A stretch of 64,000 nt of DNA from positions 480,001-544,000 of the forward strand of contig CBDCCK010000002.1 in the NCBI GenBank assembly GCA_965214835.1, in the 5' to 3' direction. Below the pieces are notes generated by a model. It had not been told where the DNA came from. It worked only from the letters and a program-made list of their open reading frames with translations, and did no database searches. The stretch is from Nitrosopumilaceae archaeon (lineage in GTDB: Archaea; Thermoproteota; Nitrososphaeria; Nitrososphaerales; Nitrosopumilaceae). The first letter of the stretch is position 1. Every line of letters starts with the position of its first letter. Below, piece after piece: positions 43,716-54,477 of the stretch. Made by a program: the position numbers and the translations under genes.

Positions 43716-46700
43716 GCAGCAGTGTGAGAACCCCGGACGGCACGGGTACAATCACCAGCATGGATACCCGATCGGCCAAGGTTCAGATTGATTCAGGTTC
43801 CAAGTGGTATGAGCTTGATACCCTGGACATGATATATGACCCGATTGCAAAGATGTGCAAAAAGCAGATCGATGACTGCCTCCAGTTTGCTACGGGGATT
43901 GATGCGCACCGCCTCTACACAGAATACCGGTTCAACCCGTATGTCCTTGCAGCATCAACCAAGATCAAGATATTCCCCCACCAGATAAACGAGGTGATGT
44001 GGGGGCTTGAGAACCCCAGAATAATGATTGCCGACGAGGTAGGGCTTGGAAAAACGATAATTGCAGCGTTGATCGTGTCGGAGCTCCGCGCACGTGGCAC
44101 TGCAAAGCGCCTTCTTTTTGTGGTTCCAAAGTCCCTGCAGATAAAATGGAAGATTGAGCTTGAGCAAAGATTTGACATTCCAACCAAGATACTAGATTCA
44201 GAATATGTGAAGAACAATCCCGAACCGTTTGAAGGCGAGTTTTCATTTGTGGCATCCATGGACTATCTAAAACAGGAACACATCATATCCAAGCTCAGCG
44301 AGGAGCTTGATGTGGTGGTAGTAGACGAGGCTCACAAAATGAAAAAGGGCACGTCCAGGCTGAAGCTGGGAGAGCATCTTGCGTCAAAAACAGACACCAT
44401 GATACTTCTTACTGCAACCCCGCACGACGGCCGCGACGAGGACTTTATGGCCCGCATGAACATGCTGGACAGCTTTGTATCCGACATACGAACCGCCTCG
44501 TACCTGTGGACGCGTACCACAAAGGAGGACGTGGTGGACATCGAAGGAAAGAAGGTGTTTCCTGACAGGACAAGCAAGACAGTAGACATTGCACTACTAA
44601 ACAAGGAGCGTGACGTGATCAAGCTGCTGGAGGGGTACTTTGATCACATACAGTCAAACGTAAAGACGCCACGTGAGGAGAGCATGATCAGATTCCTCAG
44701 GCACATATACCGAAAAAGGGCCAGCTCGTCACTGCACTCACTGGAAATATCCCTAAGACGCAGAATTGACAAGCTTGGCACAGCAGATACCGACATAGAA
44801 AGCGCACTGACCAGGCTGGACTATGACTATAGCGAGGACATAGAATTTGAAGACATTGAAGGGTATGAGGGATTCACCATATCCGACGTGGATCGGGAAA
44901 AGGAGATGTTGACAGAAATCACAAAGCATCTGGAACAGCTTGACTGTGATTCCAAGCTGGATCATTTGAAGCGGTTCATCAAGACGCTAAAGGAGGACAG
45001 GCCGGATGCAAAACTGGTACTCTTTACAGAATACCGCGACACGCTGGACTATCTTGCGGCATCTCTTGATTATGAGATTGGAAAGATAGACGGCACCATG
45101 TCGATAACAGAGCGCCAAGACGAGCTTGAGAAATTCAAAAAATCAGACGGATACGAAGTCATGCTGTGCACAGATGCGGCGGGGGAGGGAATAGACATGC
45201 AGTTTTGCAACGTGGAGATAAACTATGATCTCCCGTGGAACCCGAACAGGCTTGAGCAAAGGATGGGCAGAATACACAGGATAGGACAGGATCAGAATGT
45301 CTTTTATTACAATTTTGTGGTCGATTCCAAATCAAGCATTGACGGATACATAATGCAAAAACTGCTTGAAAAAATAGAGCAGATAAAGGCGGCGATGGGC
45401 GACAAGGTGTACGATGTGGTGGGCTCGCTCATAGGATCAGAGGAATTTGGGCGGTACTATGACGAGCTGCGCAATATACCAAGGGACCAATGGGAACCGA
45501 AAATCGCTGTCCTGATGTCCGCAATAGAGGCCATGCGGTACGATGTTTTGGAGAAGAGGAAGATGCTGCTAGAGGGAAACAGGCTTGACTCTACAAAGCT
45601 TGAAGACATACAAAAGATACGCGATACTGCCATAGTAATAGACGAGGTAAAGCGGTTTTTGCAGGTGTTTGTAGAGACAAACGGGGGGAGGATGGATCGT
45701 ATTGATTCCGACAAGCAGCTATACAGCATACGCCTTTCTGAGAGGCATTCAAAGGAGCTTGGATTAGGTGAGATCGTTGGGACCTTTGACGGCACAACTG
45801 CAGAAAAAGAATCATACGAGTACCTTGCGCTTGGAAACCACAGCATAGAAAAGATACTAAGAAAGGCAGCATCAGATCATGTTGCATCACTTGGGCACGA
45901 GAGCCAGGAAGGAGTATTGTGCATATACAAGATAACCATAACCGACGGCCAGGCAAAACAAAGGGATTCCAAGATAATTGCGATATTTGAGCAATCCGAC
46001 GGCGTCATATATCAGGTTGATGAGAGAAGCGTGTGGACATACAAACAGTCAGATAGAGAGGTCAACATAGATTTTGCCACAAGTGCAAGCAAGCGAATAG
46101 AGACGATTGCATCCAACATGGCACAGAAACAAAAAGAGTCCATAGATCGCAAATTAAGAGAGATCAAAAAGAAGACCAAAACTGCGCGTAATGGATACTA
46201 CGCAAAAAAGATAAGTGATATAAAAGTGAGAATGGGTGAGCTGCAACAAAACGACGACGGGCCTCATGTTGAAAGAATAATAGACGAGCGCAAAAGAAAA
46301 ATAAAGACGCTAGAAAAGCAGGCGGATATCGAGTACCAGAAACTGGACAGGCAATTTAATACCGCCACTAGGATAGACCTGATTGGAATTGCACAGGTGA
46401 CTGCAGATGATGGCGCAGACATTCACATACGCATAGACGAAGCTGGAATGAAGGCAGTCCTCGAATCGGAAAGAAAAAGGGCACCAGACGAGCATGCCGT
46501 AAAACAGCTTGAGGACTGCTCCAAGAAAAACTGCGGGTATGACGTAGTATCATTTGACAGAAAAATAGAGGTAAAATCGCACAAAAAGTCCGGCAGTATA
46601 ATGCTGACCGACCACGAATGGAAAACGGCAGAAAGGCTGCAGGATGAATACTGGCTTTACGTGGTAGAACACGTATTTGAAAATCCGCGCATAACGGCGA

Positions 46701-46798
46701 TACAAAACCCGGCATCAAAATTCCATGGTCACATAGAAAAAATTCCATCCAAGCAGTTCAGATGGGTGATCCATGACTGGAAAGAGAGATCCATCTAG
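43706..46798 (+). CDS. SNF2-family helicase with a C-terminal DUF3883/NOV nuclease domain
   Basis: PHQ, ADEVGLGKT, DEAH, PWNPNRLEQRMGR, GYDV...IEVKS...LTDHEW motifs. Confidence 0.92.
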   Translation: MEVGSSVRTPDGTGTITSMDTRSAKVQIDSGSKWYELDTLDMIYDPIAKMCKKQIDDCLQFATGIDAHRLYTEYRFNPYVLAASTKIKIFPHQINEVMWGLENPRIMIADEVGLGKTIIAALIVSELRARGTAKRLLFVVPKSLQIKWKIELEQRFDIPTKILDSEYVKNNPEPFEGEFSFVASMDYLKQEHIISKLSEELDVVVVDEAHKMKKGTSRLKLGEHLASKTDTMILLTATPHDGRDEDFMARMNMLDSFVSDIRTASYLWTRTTKEDVVDIEGKKVFPDRTSKTVDIALLNKERDVIKLLEGYFDHIQSNVKTPREESMIRFLRHIYRKRASSSLHSLEISLRRRIDKLGTADTDIESALTRLDYDYSEDIEFEDIEGYEGFTISDVDREKEMLTEITKHLEQLDCDSKLDHLKRFIKTLKEDRPDAKLVLFTEYRDTLDYLAASLDYEIGKIDGTMSITERQDELEKFKKSDGYEVMLCTDAAGEGIDMQFCNVEINYDLPWNPNRLEQRMGRIHRIGQDQNVFYYNFVVDSKSSIDGYIMQKLLEKIEQIKAAMGDKVYDVVGSLIGSEEFGRYYDELRNIPRDQWEPKIAVLMSAIEAMRYDVLEKRKMLLEGNRLDSTKLEDIQKIRDTAIVIDEVKRFLQVFVETNGGRMDRIDSDKQLYSIRLSERHSKELGLGEIVGTFDGTTAEKESYEYLALGNHSIEKILRKAASDHVASLGHESQEGVLCIYKITITDGQAKQRDSKIIAIFEQSDGVIYQVDERSVWTYKQSDREVNIDFATSASKRIETIASNMAQKQKESIDRKLREIKKKTKTARNGYYAKKISDIKVRMGELQQNDDGPHVERIIDERKRKIKTLEKQADIEYQKLDRQFNTATRIDLIGIAQVTADDGADIHIRIDEAGMKAVLESERKRAPDEHAVKQLEDCSKKNCGYDVVSFDRKIEVKSHKKSGSIMLTDHEWKTAERLQDEYWLYVVEHVFENPRITAIQNPASKFHGHIEKIPSKQFRWVIHDWKERSI

Positions 46799-47029
46799 AG
46801 TCAGGTTTTGATCCGGTAACAAAATGTGCTACTGTTATCCAACTCTGCGGATCATCTGGATTATTTTTAAAGTACTTTTCAAACGATAAAAAGATTCGAT
46901 CATCCGTTTATTTTTTGGATTTTCTGCTGTATAGAAATAGCAAAAGACGACATGGATCCTCGTAGGAAAGACTCGGGTTAATTACAGATCACTTCTCTGC
47001 ACATGAGAGTGTTTTTCACATTGGTTAGG

Positions 47030-47320
47030 TCACTTGATTCTGCTACCAAACACTCTCAGCATCGCATCAAGGCCGGCAATCCTGCCTTCCAGATACTTTA
47101 TCCTTTCATCCGACGGCAGGTATCTTGCATGCTCTTGCACGCCCTTGAGATACCTGGCAAACGACCTGTCAAACGTCTTGTCCGCCATTTTGATCCCCTT
47201 GCACAGGTTCTGCAGGTTCAGGCCATCAAGCCCGGACTTTTTTCCCAGGAACAGCTGGGACTTGCCTGCCAGAAAATACAGATACTCCGTCCCGTGGTTT
47301 GTCCTGACTACGATCCCCAT
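47030..47320 (-). CDS. Small integrase-partner protein, divergent from the integrase
   Basis: G.EYLYF.AGK...F/Y.G motif shared with 63579..63863. Confidence 0.7.
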   Translation of the reverse strand: MGIVVRTNHGTEYLYFLAGKSQLFLGKKSGLDGLNLQNLCKGIKMADKTFDRSFARYLKGVQEHARYLPSDERIKYLEGRIAGLDAMLRVFGSRIK

Positions 47321-47360
47321 GCCTGTGTATTGTTAGCGTACAAACCATTAAATAAGCGTA

Positions 47361-47381
47361 TGTGTATTCTAAGAATACACA
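47361..47381. promoter_or_regulatory. Palindromic operator-like site
   Basis: TGTGTATTCT-A-AGAATACACA, a perfect 10-bp inverted repeat between divergent genes. Confidence 0.55.
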
Positions 47382-47464
47382 AAATGACACGCTTAAAACG
47401 CCCCAAAGGACAAATAGCTCCCAAACCATATCAAGGCAATGAAGTCGCCGAGAGGCTGACCGAT

Positions 47465-48667
47465 ATGGGAAAAAACAAACTTGCTACAAGAAAAGACACT
47501 GTCAAAAAACAGGCAAAGGCAACGCGACTGCTGGCACATCCTGACGTGCGGAGGTGGTACGACAACCTTGCGCGCGGGAGCGTGCTTACGGCAAACAACT
47601 CGCTGCGATGCATCGACAAGTTCTGCGAGACACACGGCATGTCTCCTACCGAGCTGGCAGATCTCGGAGTCAGGGATCTGAGGGCAGTCACGGACCTCAT
47701 CGAGGATCACGTCACCATGATGGAGTCCGAGAACTACTCCTCCGGATACGTGACCCTGACCGTCCAGATCATAAAGTCCTGGCTGAGGCACTCTGACGTG
47801 GTGATCAAGCGCAGGATAAAGGTGACCCCCAACAGGAACTAGAAGACAATCCAGGGCGAGCGCGTTCCAAACGCGCAGGAGATGTCCGAGATATACGGCC
47901 GTGCGGGACTGCGGGAGTCAGTCATAATATCTCTGATGGGCAAGTCCGGGCTGAGGCCGGAGACCATAGGCAACCACGACGGCACGGACGGATTGTGCAT
48001 GAGCGATCTTCCGGACGTGGTAATACACCAGGGAACGGCAAAGTGCATAAGGACGCCGTGCATGGTGACTGTAAGGGGCACGCTGTCAAAGGCACGCCAC
48101 CAGTACTTTACGTTCATGACTGCGTCTGCAACCAGGAACCTCACGGCATACCTCAACGACAGGCTCGCCCACGGGGAGCCGCTGCACGGGAGCTCGCCGG
48201 TGGTGGCGCCGGATCACATCCACAAGACGAATCGGGGCCGCAACAGGGACAAGGAATTCCTCATTACATCGCAGGTAAGCCACCTGGTGCGCAGGACGTT
48301 CAGGCCGAGGTTCACGTGGAGGCCCTACGTGCTGCGCGCGTACTTTGACACGCAGCTGCTGATCGCCGAGTCCAGGGGAAGGATTGCGCATGACTTTCGC
48401 GTCTTCCTTATGGGGCACAAGGGAAGCATGGAGGCGCGATACACCACGAACAAGGGCGTGCTGCCCGACGTCCTGCTAGACGAGATGCGGGAAGCATTCG
48501 GACGATCCGAGGAGCACCTGGACCAGGCAGAAGCCGATCCAATCCTGGAACAAAAGCAGGAGGCGCTGCGGATGATAGAGGGGGCCACGCCGGATCAGCT
48601 CGGGCGCGTGCTAGAGGCACTGCAGACGGTGCCGGCAATACGCGCCAGGGCAGATCGTGGCAGATAG
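47465..48667 (+). pseudogene. Full-length tyrosine integrase copy 3 with a single nonsense mutation
   Basis: TAG at 47840 where copy 1 has CAG. Otherwise continuous in frame. Confidence 0.9.
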
Positions 48668-48811
48668 CGAAGACGCGGAGAGGCTCATTGCCGACGACGG
48701 ATGCACGTTTGTCGGCGTCCTGCCAAACGGCAGGGTGGTTCTTCAAAGGCATATGTGAGGCCGCAGCGGCGCGACATACCCTTATATTTTGGACTCGGAG
48801 GTCGTTAGTAA

Positions 48812-49423
48812 TTGGCACGCAGAAAGACCAGGGTAAAGGACAAGTGGAGGGAAAAAAAGTGGGTCAACGTATATGCCCCAGAATCGTTTAACAACGTCCC
48901 GGTGGCCTATGTTCCGATTACAGACGACGACAATGCCAGAGGCAGGGTCGTCGAGGTTACGCTGTTTGATATCCTAAAGGGGGATCCCTCGCAGCACCAG
49001 TACAAGATGTACTTTCAGATTGACAGCGTCAAGGAAGACAGGGCAACCTCGATCTTCAAGCGATACGAGTACTCAAAGGAGTTTTTGAGAAGCCTGGTCA
49101 GGCGCGGTTCCTCCAAGGTTAACTTTATCATCGATGCAAAAACCAAGGATGGAAACATCTTCAGAATAAAGGTCATTGTCCTGACACACCGGCAGCTTAA
49201 CACGTCAAGAAAGCACGCACTCAGGCTGATTGCAAAGAACGTCATTGAAAAGTCGGTTCCGGAGATGACAATTGATCAGTTCGTACAGGCAACATGCTAC
49301 GGAAAGATCAACTCAGACATCATGGCAGTGGCCAAGAAGCTGATCAGGATCAGGCATGTGGGCTTGGAAAAAGTCAAGCTGGTCAGAACTGCTGCGGCAG
49401 AGACGGTACTGCTGGAAGCATAA
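48812..49423 (+). CDS. rps3ae: 30S ribosomal protein S3Ae (eS1)
   Basis: KDKWREKKW..VYAP...GRVVEVTL...LRSLVRR...EKVK. Confidence 0.95.
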   Translation: MARRKTRVKDKWREKKWVNVYAPESFNNVPVAYVPITDDDNARGRVVEVTLFDILKGDPSQHQYKMYFQIDSVKEDRATSIFKRYEYSKEFLRSLVRRGSSKVNFIIDAKTKDGNIFRIKVIVLTHRQLNTSRKHALRLIAKNVIEKSVPEMTIDQFVQATCYGKINSDIMAVAKKLIRIRHVGLEKVKLVRTAAAETVLLEA

Positions 49424-49445
49424 TAGTCCTTTTCCGGGGTATTCC

Positions 49446-49868
49446 ATGAGCGACAAGGTGGTGGTAGCCATGGACGTAATCGTCCACGCAACTGAGGATG
49501 TCAGCAGGTTCTACGACTCCTTTGAGGAGCTGTTCGGAGTAGGACAAGAACAGCTCAAAATACAGGAGTTAGAAGGCCATTTTGACAATCCAATCTTGGT
49601 GCTCAGCGTCAGGATTGCAGGAGGGAGTGCAGTCAGGGTTCTGGAGAGAGTCTCGTCTGCCCTGTCCGATCGAGAAAAGGAGGAGGTTCTAGAGACGCTA
49701 GATGGAAGGGTGGATGGCTCTAGCCTTTATCTTAGGATAGGCAAGCAGGAGTTTGTACAAAACAGGGTTGTCTTGGCGGAAAAAAACGCGATCAGGGTTA
49801 GAATCCACAGGCCCGTATACAGGAAAAAGAAGATCATGCAAGAGTACAGAGACCTGCTAGGCTTCTGA
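49446..49868 (+). CDS. Archaeal RNA-binding protein (DUF54-like)
   Basis: VHATED, GHFDNPI and LYLRIGKQ motifs. Confidence 0.85.
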   Translation: MSDKVVVAMDVIVHATEDVSRFYDSFEELFGVGQEQLKIQELEGHFDNPILVLSVRIAGGSAVRVLERVSSALSDREKEEVLETLDGRVDGSSLYLRIGKQEFVQNRVVLAEKNAIRVRIHRPVYRKKKIMQEYRDLLGF

Positions 49869-50276
49869 GCCGGACTGGGTTGTGGGAAAAATGTACCGCG
49901 GCTGCAGGATGCAGCCACATCTTGCCATTGAATGATACGCACATCAAAAAACGGATCATGGTTTTGGCACATCGTGCCTGTCTTGATAAAAAAGAGCGTA
50001 CGAGGTCGCCTCCCCCTAGCAGTCAGGCACGAATTGCATGCAACCGCAGCAGTTGAAAATGTGCATTCCGTGTACCGTCTGTGTGGCAGTGCTTTTCCCC
50101 ATCTGCGGCTCTGCACGCATAAAATTCTGCATGCCGGGGCCCCATGAGACGGCGACCATAAGAAACAGTACGTTTTCAACCCAAAATGGACGGAGAGGGA
50201 CATCAGCGACTAGCGGGCCTAGTTTTCACATAACACAAGCGTGTCAGGGCCTGCCAGGCCGGCCTGCAGGCCAGCA

Positions 50277-51434
50277 TCAGAAGCCGTACTTTTGTTTCAG
50301 CGGTGAGAACCGTCTCAGCTCGGAGACTGCCTTTTTGATGATTTCGATGGCCCGGTCAACCTCCTCCTCGGTGTTATAGATTCCCAGCGTAAGGCGCAGC
50401 GAGCCGGATATCTGCTCGTGTGAGAATCCCATGGCCTGCAGCACATGGGATGCCTTTTGGGTATTGACAGAGCATGCAGAGCCAGTAGATGCCGCAATGC
50501 CGTACTCGTCAAGCTTGATTATCAGGTCCTCCCCGTTGACTCCAAGAAACGTAAGATGGATGTTGTTTGGAATCCTAGACGAGGGATGTCCGTTAAACGA
50601 CGAGTGGGGGACATCAGACAGCATTGCAGAGACCAGCCTTTCCTGCAGTTTTTTAAACAGCCTGACATTATAACTGAGGTTTTCCCTTGAAATGGCGCAT
50701 GCCTTGCCGAATCCGACAGCGCCTGCGACATTTTCGGTTCCAGAGCGCATTCCACGCTCCTGGCCGCCTCCAAGGACCAGCGGATCAAGCCTTACGCCTC
50801 GGCGGACAAACAGCGCCCCGACCCCCTTGGGCCCGTTGATCTTGTGGGAGGAGATTGATAGCAGGTCAATGCCCAGATCCCTGACATCGATGGGGTGCTT
50901 GCCTGCTGCCTGCACGGCATCGGTGTGAAACAGGACGCCCCTCTGATGGCAGATATCGGAGATTTCCCGGATTGGCTGGATAGTGCCTACCTCGTTGTTT
51001 GCATACATGATGCTGACAAGGCAGGTCTCATCGCAGACAGAGGAGCGCAGCTCGTCCAAATCGACAACCCCGTATTCGTCTACGGACAGATAGGTTACAC
51101 GGACCCCCCTTTCCTCCAGCCTCCTGCAGGGTTCCAGCACCGCATCATGTTCAACAGATGACGTGATGACGTGCCTTCCCTTCGCACCGTCCACTACTCC
51201 GTAAAGGGCGGTATTGTTGGACTCGGTGCCTCCAGATGTCAGCAGGATCTCAGAGGGCTCGGCGTTGATCAGGCCGGCGATGTTCTTGCGGGCCTTTTGT
51301 ACGGCCCGGGAGGCTGCGCGTCCATAGCGATGAATTGACGAGGGGTTGCCATACTGCTCGCCGAGAAACGGAATCATTTCCTCTACGACTTGGCTGTCAA
51401 CTGCAGTGGATGCGGCGTTATCCAGGTAGATCAA
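50277..51434 (-). CDS. iscS: Cysteine desulfurase (IscS/NifS)
   Basis: YLDNAAST, NPSS.H, HTDAVQ, SSHK and STGSAC motifs. Confidence 0.95.
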   Translation of the reverse strand: MIYLDNAASTAVDSQVVEEMIPFLGEQYGNPSSIHRYGRAASRAVQKARKNIAGLINAEPSEILLTSGGTESNNTALYGVVDGAKGRHVITSSVEHDAVLEPCRRLEERGVRVTYLSVDEYGVVDLDELRSSVCDETCLVSIMYANNEVGTIQPIREISDICHQRGVLFHTDAVQAAGKHPIDVRDLGIDLLSISSHKINGPKGVGALFVRRGVRLDPLVLGGGQERGMRSGTENVAGAVGFGKACAISRENLSYNVRLFKKLQERLVSAMLSDVPHSSFNGHPSSRIPNNIHLTFLGVNGEDLIIKLDEYGIAASTGSACSVNTQKASHVLQAMGFSHEQISGSLRLTLGIYNTEEEVDRAIEIIKKAVSELRRFSPLKQKYGF

Positions 51435-52228
51435 TCCGCGATCACGTTTAGTTTTCCAGGGGAGTATCCTTCAGGATCAATTCTTACGTCGGAGAATCCA
51501 ATCATTTTAAGGTACGACGAGAGATCCGCGCTGTGGTTTTGGACCAGATCAATGTCATGCGGCAGAACCTCGATTTTTGCAGTGCCGTCCAAATCCCGCA
51601 CGCGGACTTGCCTGATGCCGAGCGTCTGCCTTACGCGCCTCTCGGCAAGATCAACCCGGACCAGCCCCTCAGACGTTATGCTCCGTCCCCAAGGAATCCT
51701 AGATGCAAGACAGGAGTTAGAAGGCCTGTCAAAAACCGACAGTCCGGCCCGCCTGGCAAACGAGCGAACCTCGCCTTTGCGCATGTCCACATCGACGAGT
51801 GGGCTTTGGACTCCATTGCCCCGCAGGGCGGCGATTCCGGGGCGATAGTCGCCCAGGTCATCGACGTTTGTGCCATCAACGATACACCGTATCTGACGCG
51901 ATTTGGCCAGGGACATCAGGTGCTGTGCCAGCTCAGAACGGCAGTAAAAGCACCTGTTTTTGTCATTTTTTACAAAGTCCGGATTCTCCAGCTCGCTATA
52001 TGTGATGATCTGATGCTCAATGCCGATCTCCCGGGCCACGGTGGATGCCGAGTCCAGCTCGTCAGAGGACAGCGTCTGATAGTCTGCCGTGGCCGCCACC
52101 GCCGAGCCCCCCAGCGCCCTAAAGGCCGCATATGCGACCAGCGCGCTGTCGACTCCCCCCGACAGCGCAACGACTGCGCCGTGCTTGTCGCCAAACCATG
52201 ACTCTAGCTGCTCTAGTTTGTCCGTCAT
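51431..52228 (-). CDS. larE: ATP-dependent sulfur transferase LarE
   Basis: SGGVDS, RCFYC, DYRPG and CLASRI motifs. Confidence 0.92.
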   Translation of the reverse strand: MTDKLEQLESWFGDKHGAVVALSGGVDSALVAYAAFRALGGSAVAATADYQTLSSDELDSASTVAREIGIEHQIITYSELENPDFVKNDKNRCFYCRSELAQHLMSLAKSRQIRCIVDGTNVDDLGDYRPGIAALRGNGVQSPLVDVDMRKGEVRSFARRAGLSVFDRPSNSCLASRIPWGRSITSEGLVRVDLAERRVRQTLGIRQVRVRDLDGTAKIEVLPHDIDLVQNHSADLSSYLKMIGFSDVRIDPEGYSPGKLNVIAD

Positions 52229-53439
52229 GCCTGCAAGTCCCCTATCGCACTCTTGGCTAGATCCTCGGCATCACGCAGGGACAGTCCCAGCGCCTCTGAG
52301 ATCGTCTTGATATCATCAAACTCAACCTTGAAGAGCCTTTGCGTGGGGGGGCTGACCTTGAATCTGACATCAAACTCGGTCCCACGGATCGTGATCTTTT
52401 CAGATTTCGTCTGGCGTGGCTGGACAAAGCGCTCAGAGTGCCGTATGCGAATCCCCAGCGTCCCAGTCTCATCTGTCAGTATTCTGACAATATCATCTGT
52501 CACATCGTCGGTACAAATGACGGTAACCAGGCTTGCAGGGCGGTTCTTTTTTGTGACTGCGTGGGATATGGTGACGTCCTTTGCGCCATGGCCGATAACC
52601 CTATCAATCAGGCTGCCCAGTATCTCGCCGGATACGTCGTCAATGTTTGTCTCCAGGACTACGACAGAGTCTGTTTTTAGTGATTTTTTCCCCTTGACGA
52701 TTTTCAGCACGTTTGCAAGGGACTCGAAATTTTTCGCCCCGCCGCCATACCCTACAGAGTCAACCTCCATCGGCGGGTAGAATTCCCGGTGAGATGCTGC
52801 GAGATTGACTAGCATGCACGCTCCAGTTGGCGTGGTAAGCTCGTCGGCTACGAGGCCACCATGAATTGGTATTCGCGAGTTCTTGAAAATCTCAAGGATT
52901 GCAGGCGCAGGGTTTGAGTGCTCGCCATGTGAAAAGTTGACGGCTCCCCCGCCCACGGCGACGGTGGTACTTACTATGTCATCGCTGAAAACCCCGAGAT
53001 CGTCTAGGGCAATGGCGCAGCCAAGAATGTCAACGACGGTATCGATGCTAGATGCCTCGTGAAAATGGACCGAGTCGGCGGGGACGCCATGTATTTTGGA
53101 TTCGGCGCCTATCAGGGTGTCGATGCAGGCAGTTGCGAACCTCCTTGCCTTTTCTGATATGTCCAGCTCTAAAGTTGATTGTTCAAGGCAGCTTTTAATC
53201 TCTGCGCCGTGGCGCTCGCGGACGTCCTCCTCAACCTCAAGGACAAGGCAGGTAGCACTTATTCCATGCCTCATTTCTTTTGTAAAATCAAATTTACGAA
53301 TGCTGCTTCCCGGCAAATGTCTTTTTGCGGTCTCAACGCCTGAAAGTATCTTGGACTTGTCGGCGCCAAGATCAACTAGGGCGCAAAGCAGCATGTCGCC
53401 AGAAATCCCAGCTATCTGAGAATCTATTACAACAACCAT
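52225..53439 (-). CDS. larC: Nickel insertion protein LarC
   Basis: GISGDM, VHFHE, ELTTPTGA, ETNIDD and ETGTLGIR motifs. Confidence 0.93.
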   Translation of the reverse strand: MVVVIDSQIAGISGDMLLCALVDLGADKSKILSGVETAKRHLPGSSIRKFDFTKEMRHGISATCLVLEVEEDVRERHGAEIKSCLEQSTLELDISEKARRFATACIDTLIGAESKIHGVPADSVHFHEASSIDTVVDILGCAIALDDLGVFSDDIVSTTVAVGGGAVNFSHGEHSNPAPAILEIFKNSRIPIHGGLVADELTTPTGACMLVNLAASHREFYPPMEVDSVGYGGGAKNFESLANVLKIVKGKKSLKTDSVVVLETNIDDVSGEILGSLIDRVIGHGAKDVTISHAVTKKNRPASLVTVICTDDVTDDIVRILTDETGTLGIRIRHSERFVQPRQTKSEKITIRGTEFDVRFKVSPPTQRLFKVEFDDIKTISEALGLSLRDAEDLAKSAIGDLQA

Positions 53440-53528
53440 GAAACCAGAATGTCAAAAATGCATATAAATTCTGTCCATAATCTGATTTGCTTCATTAGGT
53501 TTAATTATTCAGCGGCCACAGCCCACAC

Positions 53529-54443
53529 ATGATTACGATAGTCGGCTCCGGCAAGGTTGGCGGGGATGCGGCCCTGTTTACCGCACTAAAAAAACTGGAC
53601 GACCAGGTCTTGCTTTTAGACATTGCAGAGGGGCTGCCCCAGGGGGAGGCCATGGACATCAACCATGCATTGTCGGAGATGGGAATCGATGTGGAGGTCA
53701 GGGGCTCAAACGATTACTCGGAGATGAGGGGCTCAGACATCGTCGTAGTCGTGGCAGGCTCCGGAAGAAAGCCGGGCATGACTAGGATGGATCTGCTGAA
53801 GATCAACGCCGGAATCGTAAAAAGCGTGGTTGAAAATGTCAGGACTCATGCAGGCGACTCTATGATAATTCCCGTGACCAATCCCCTGGATCCTATGGCA
53901 CACATAGCATACAAGGTCTCGGGCTTTGGGAGAGGCAGGGTATTCGGGATGGGGGGAATGCTGGACCTTTCAAGGTTCAGGCAGTTTATCCACGAGGCGA
54001 CCGGATACTCGAGGGACTCAATCAGGGCGCTAGTTGTCGGAGAGCATGGGGAAAACATGATTCCGTTGCCAAGATTCTCCTCGGTTTCAGGCATTCCGCT
54101 CACATCAATGCTGTCAAAAGAAAGGCTGGACGAGATAGTCCAGAGTACGAGGGGGGTTGCAGCCAGGGTAATCGAGCTAAAGGGCGCCACCGTTCACGCG
54201 CCAGGAAACGCAGTCTCGGCGATGATCGAGTCGGTTGTCAGGGATCAAAGGCAGGTGATTCCCGTTGCGACATGCCTTGACGGGGAGTACGGGCATTCGG
54301 ATGTCACGATAGGGGTTCCGGCAGTAATCGGCAGAAACGGCGTTGAAAGGATTGTCGAGCTGGACTTTGATGATGAGGAAAGGCAGATGTTTGGCAGGGC
54401 AGTAGACAACGTCAAAAGCGCGCTCTCCCAGGTGGAAATCTAA
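53529..54443 (+). CDS. mdh: Malate dehydrogenase (LDH-like)
   Basis: [20 protein letters not shown] and GEHG motifs. Confidence 0.93.
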   Translation: MITIVGSGKVGGDAALFTALKKLDDQVLLLDIAEGLPQGEAMDINHALSEMGIDVEVRGSNDYSEMRGSDIVVVVAGSGRKPGMTRMDLLKINAGIVKSVVENVRTHAGDSMIIPVTNPLDPMAHIAYKVSGFGRGRVFGMGGMLDLSRFRQFIHEATGYSRDSIRALVVGEHGENMIPLPRFSSVSGIPLTSMLSKERLDEIVQSTRGVAARVIELKGATVHAPGNAVSAMIESVVRDQRQVIPVATCLDGEYGHSDVTIGVPAVIGRNGVERIVELDFDDEERQMFGRAVDNVKSALSQVEI

Positions 54444-54477
54444 TAGATTTTTATAAAAAAAATCAGGCTACAGATCT

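Larger units (their letters stand above)
30430..48787. mobile_element. 18.4-kb integrative element bounded by a perfect 20-bp direct repeat
   Basis: GGCGCGACATACCCTTATAT at 30430..30449 and 48768..48787, with the integrase next to the right repeat. Confidence 0.8.

Noticed and set aside
47003-47464. N-terminal part of the 279-aa ORF and the many antisense ORFs over real genes
   Set aside because: These are shadow frames overlapping better-supported genes.
202-47842. All visible nonsense mutations in mobile genes are C:G to T:A (202, 1030, 17752, 18071, 47840), suggesting targeted deamination
   Set aside because: CAG and TGG transitions are the commonest route to stop codons, so this is expected. 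The deaminase in the window is of a type acting on free nucleotides.
47840-47842. Possible amber readthrough in the integrase
   Set aside because: The paralogue has CAG, and there is no recoding machinery or signal in the window.
1495-48667. Classical integron (IntI/attC)
   Set aside because: No attC-like palindromic cassette ends were seen, and the units are multi-kb islands bounded by direct repeats.
49869-50276. Short ORFs between the RNA-binding gene and iscS
   Set aside because: The region holds degenerate MITE ends (GTACGAGGTC..., CAGCAGTTGAAAATGT...) and has no protein motifs.
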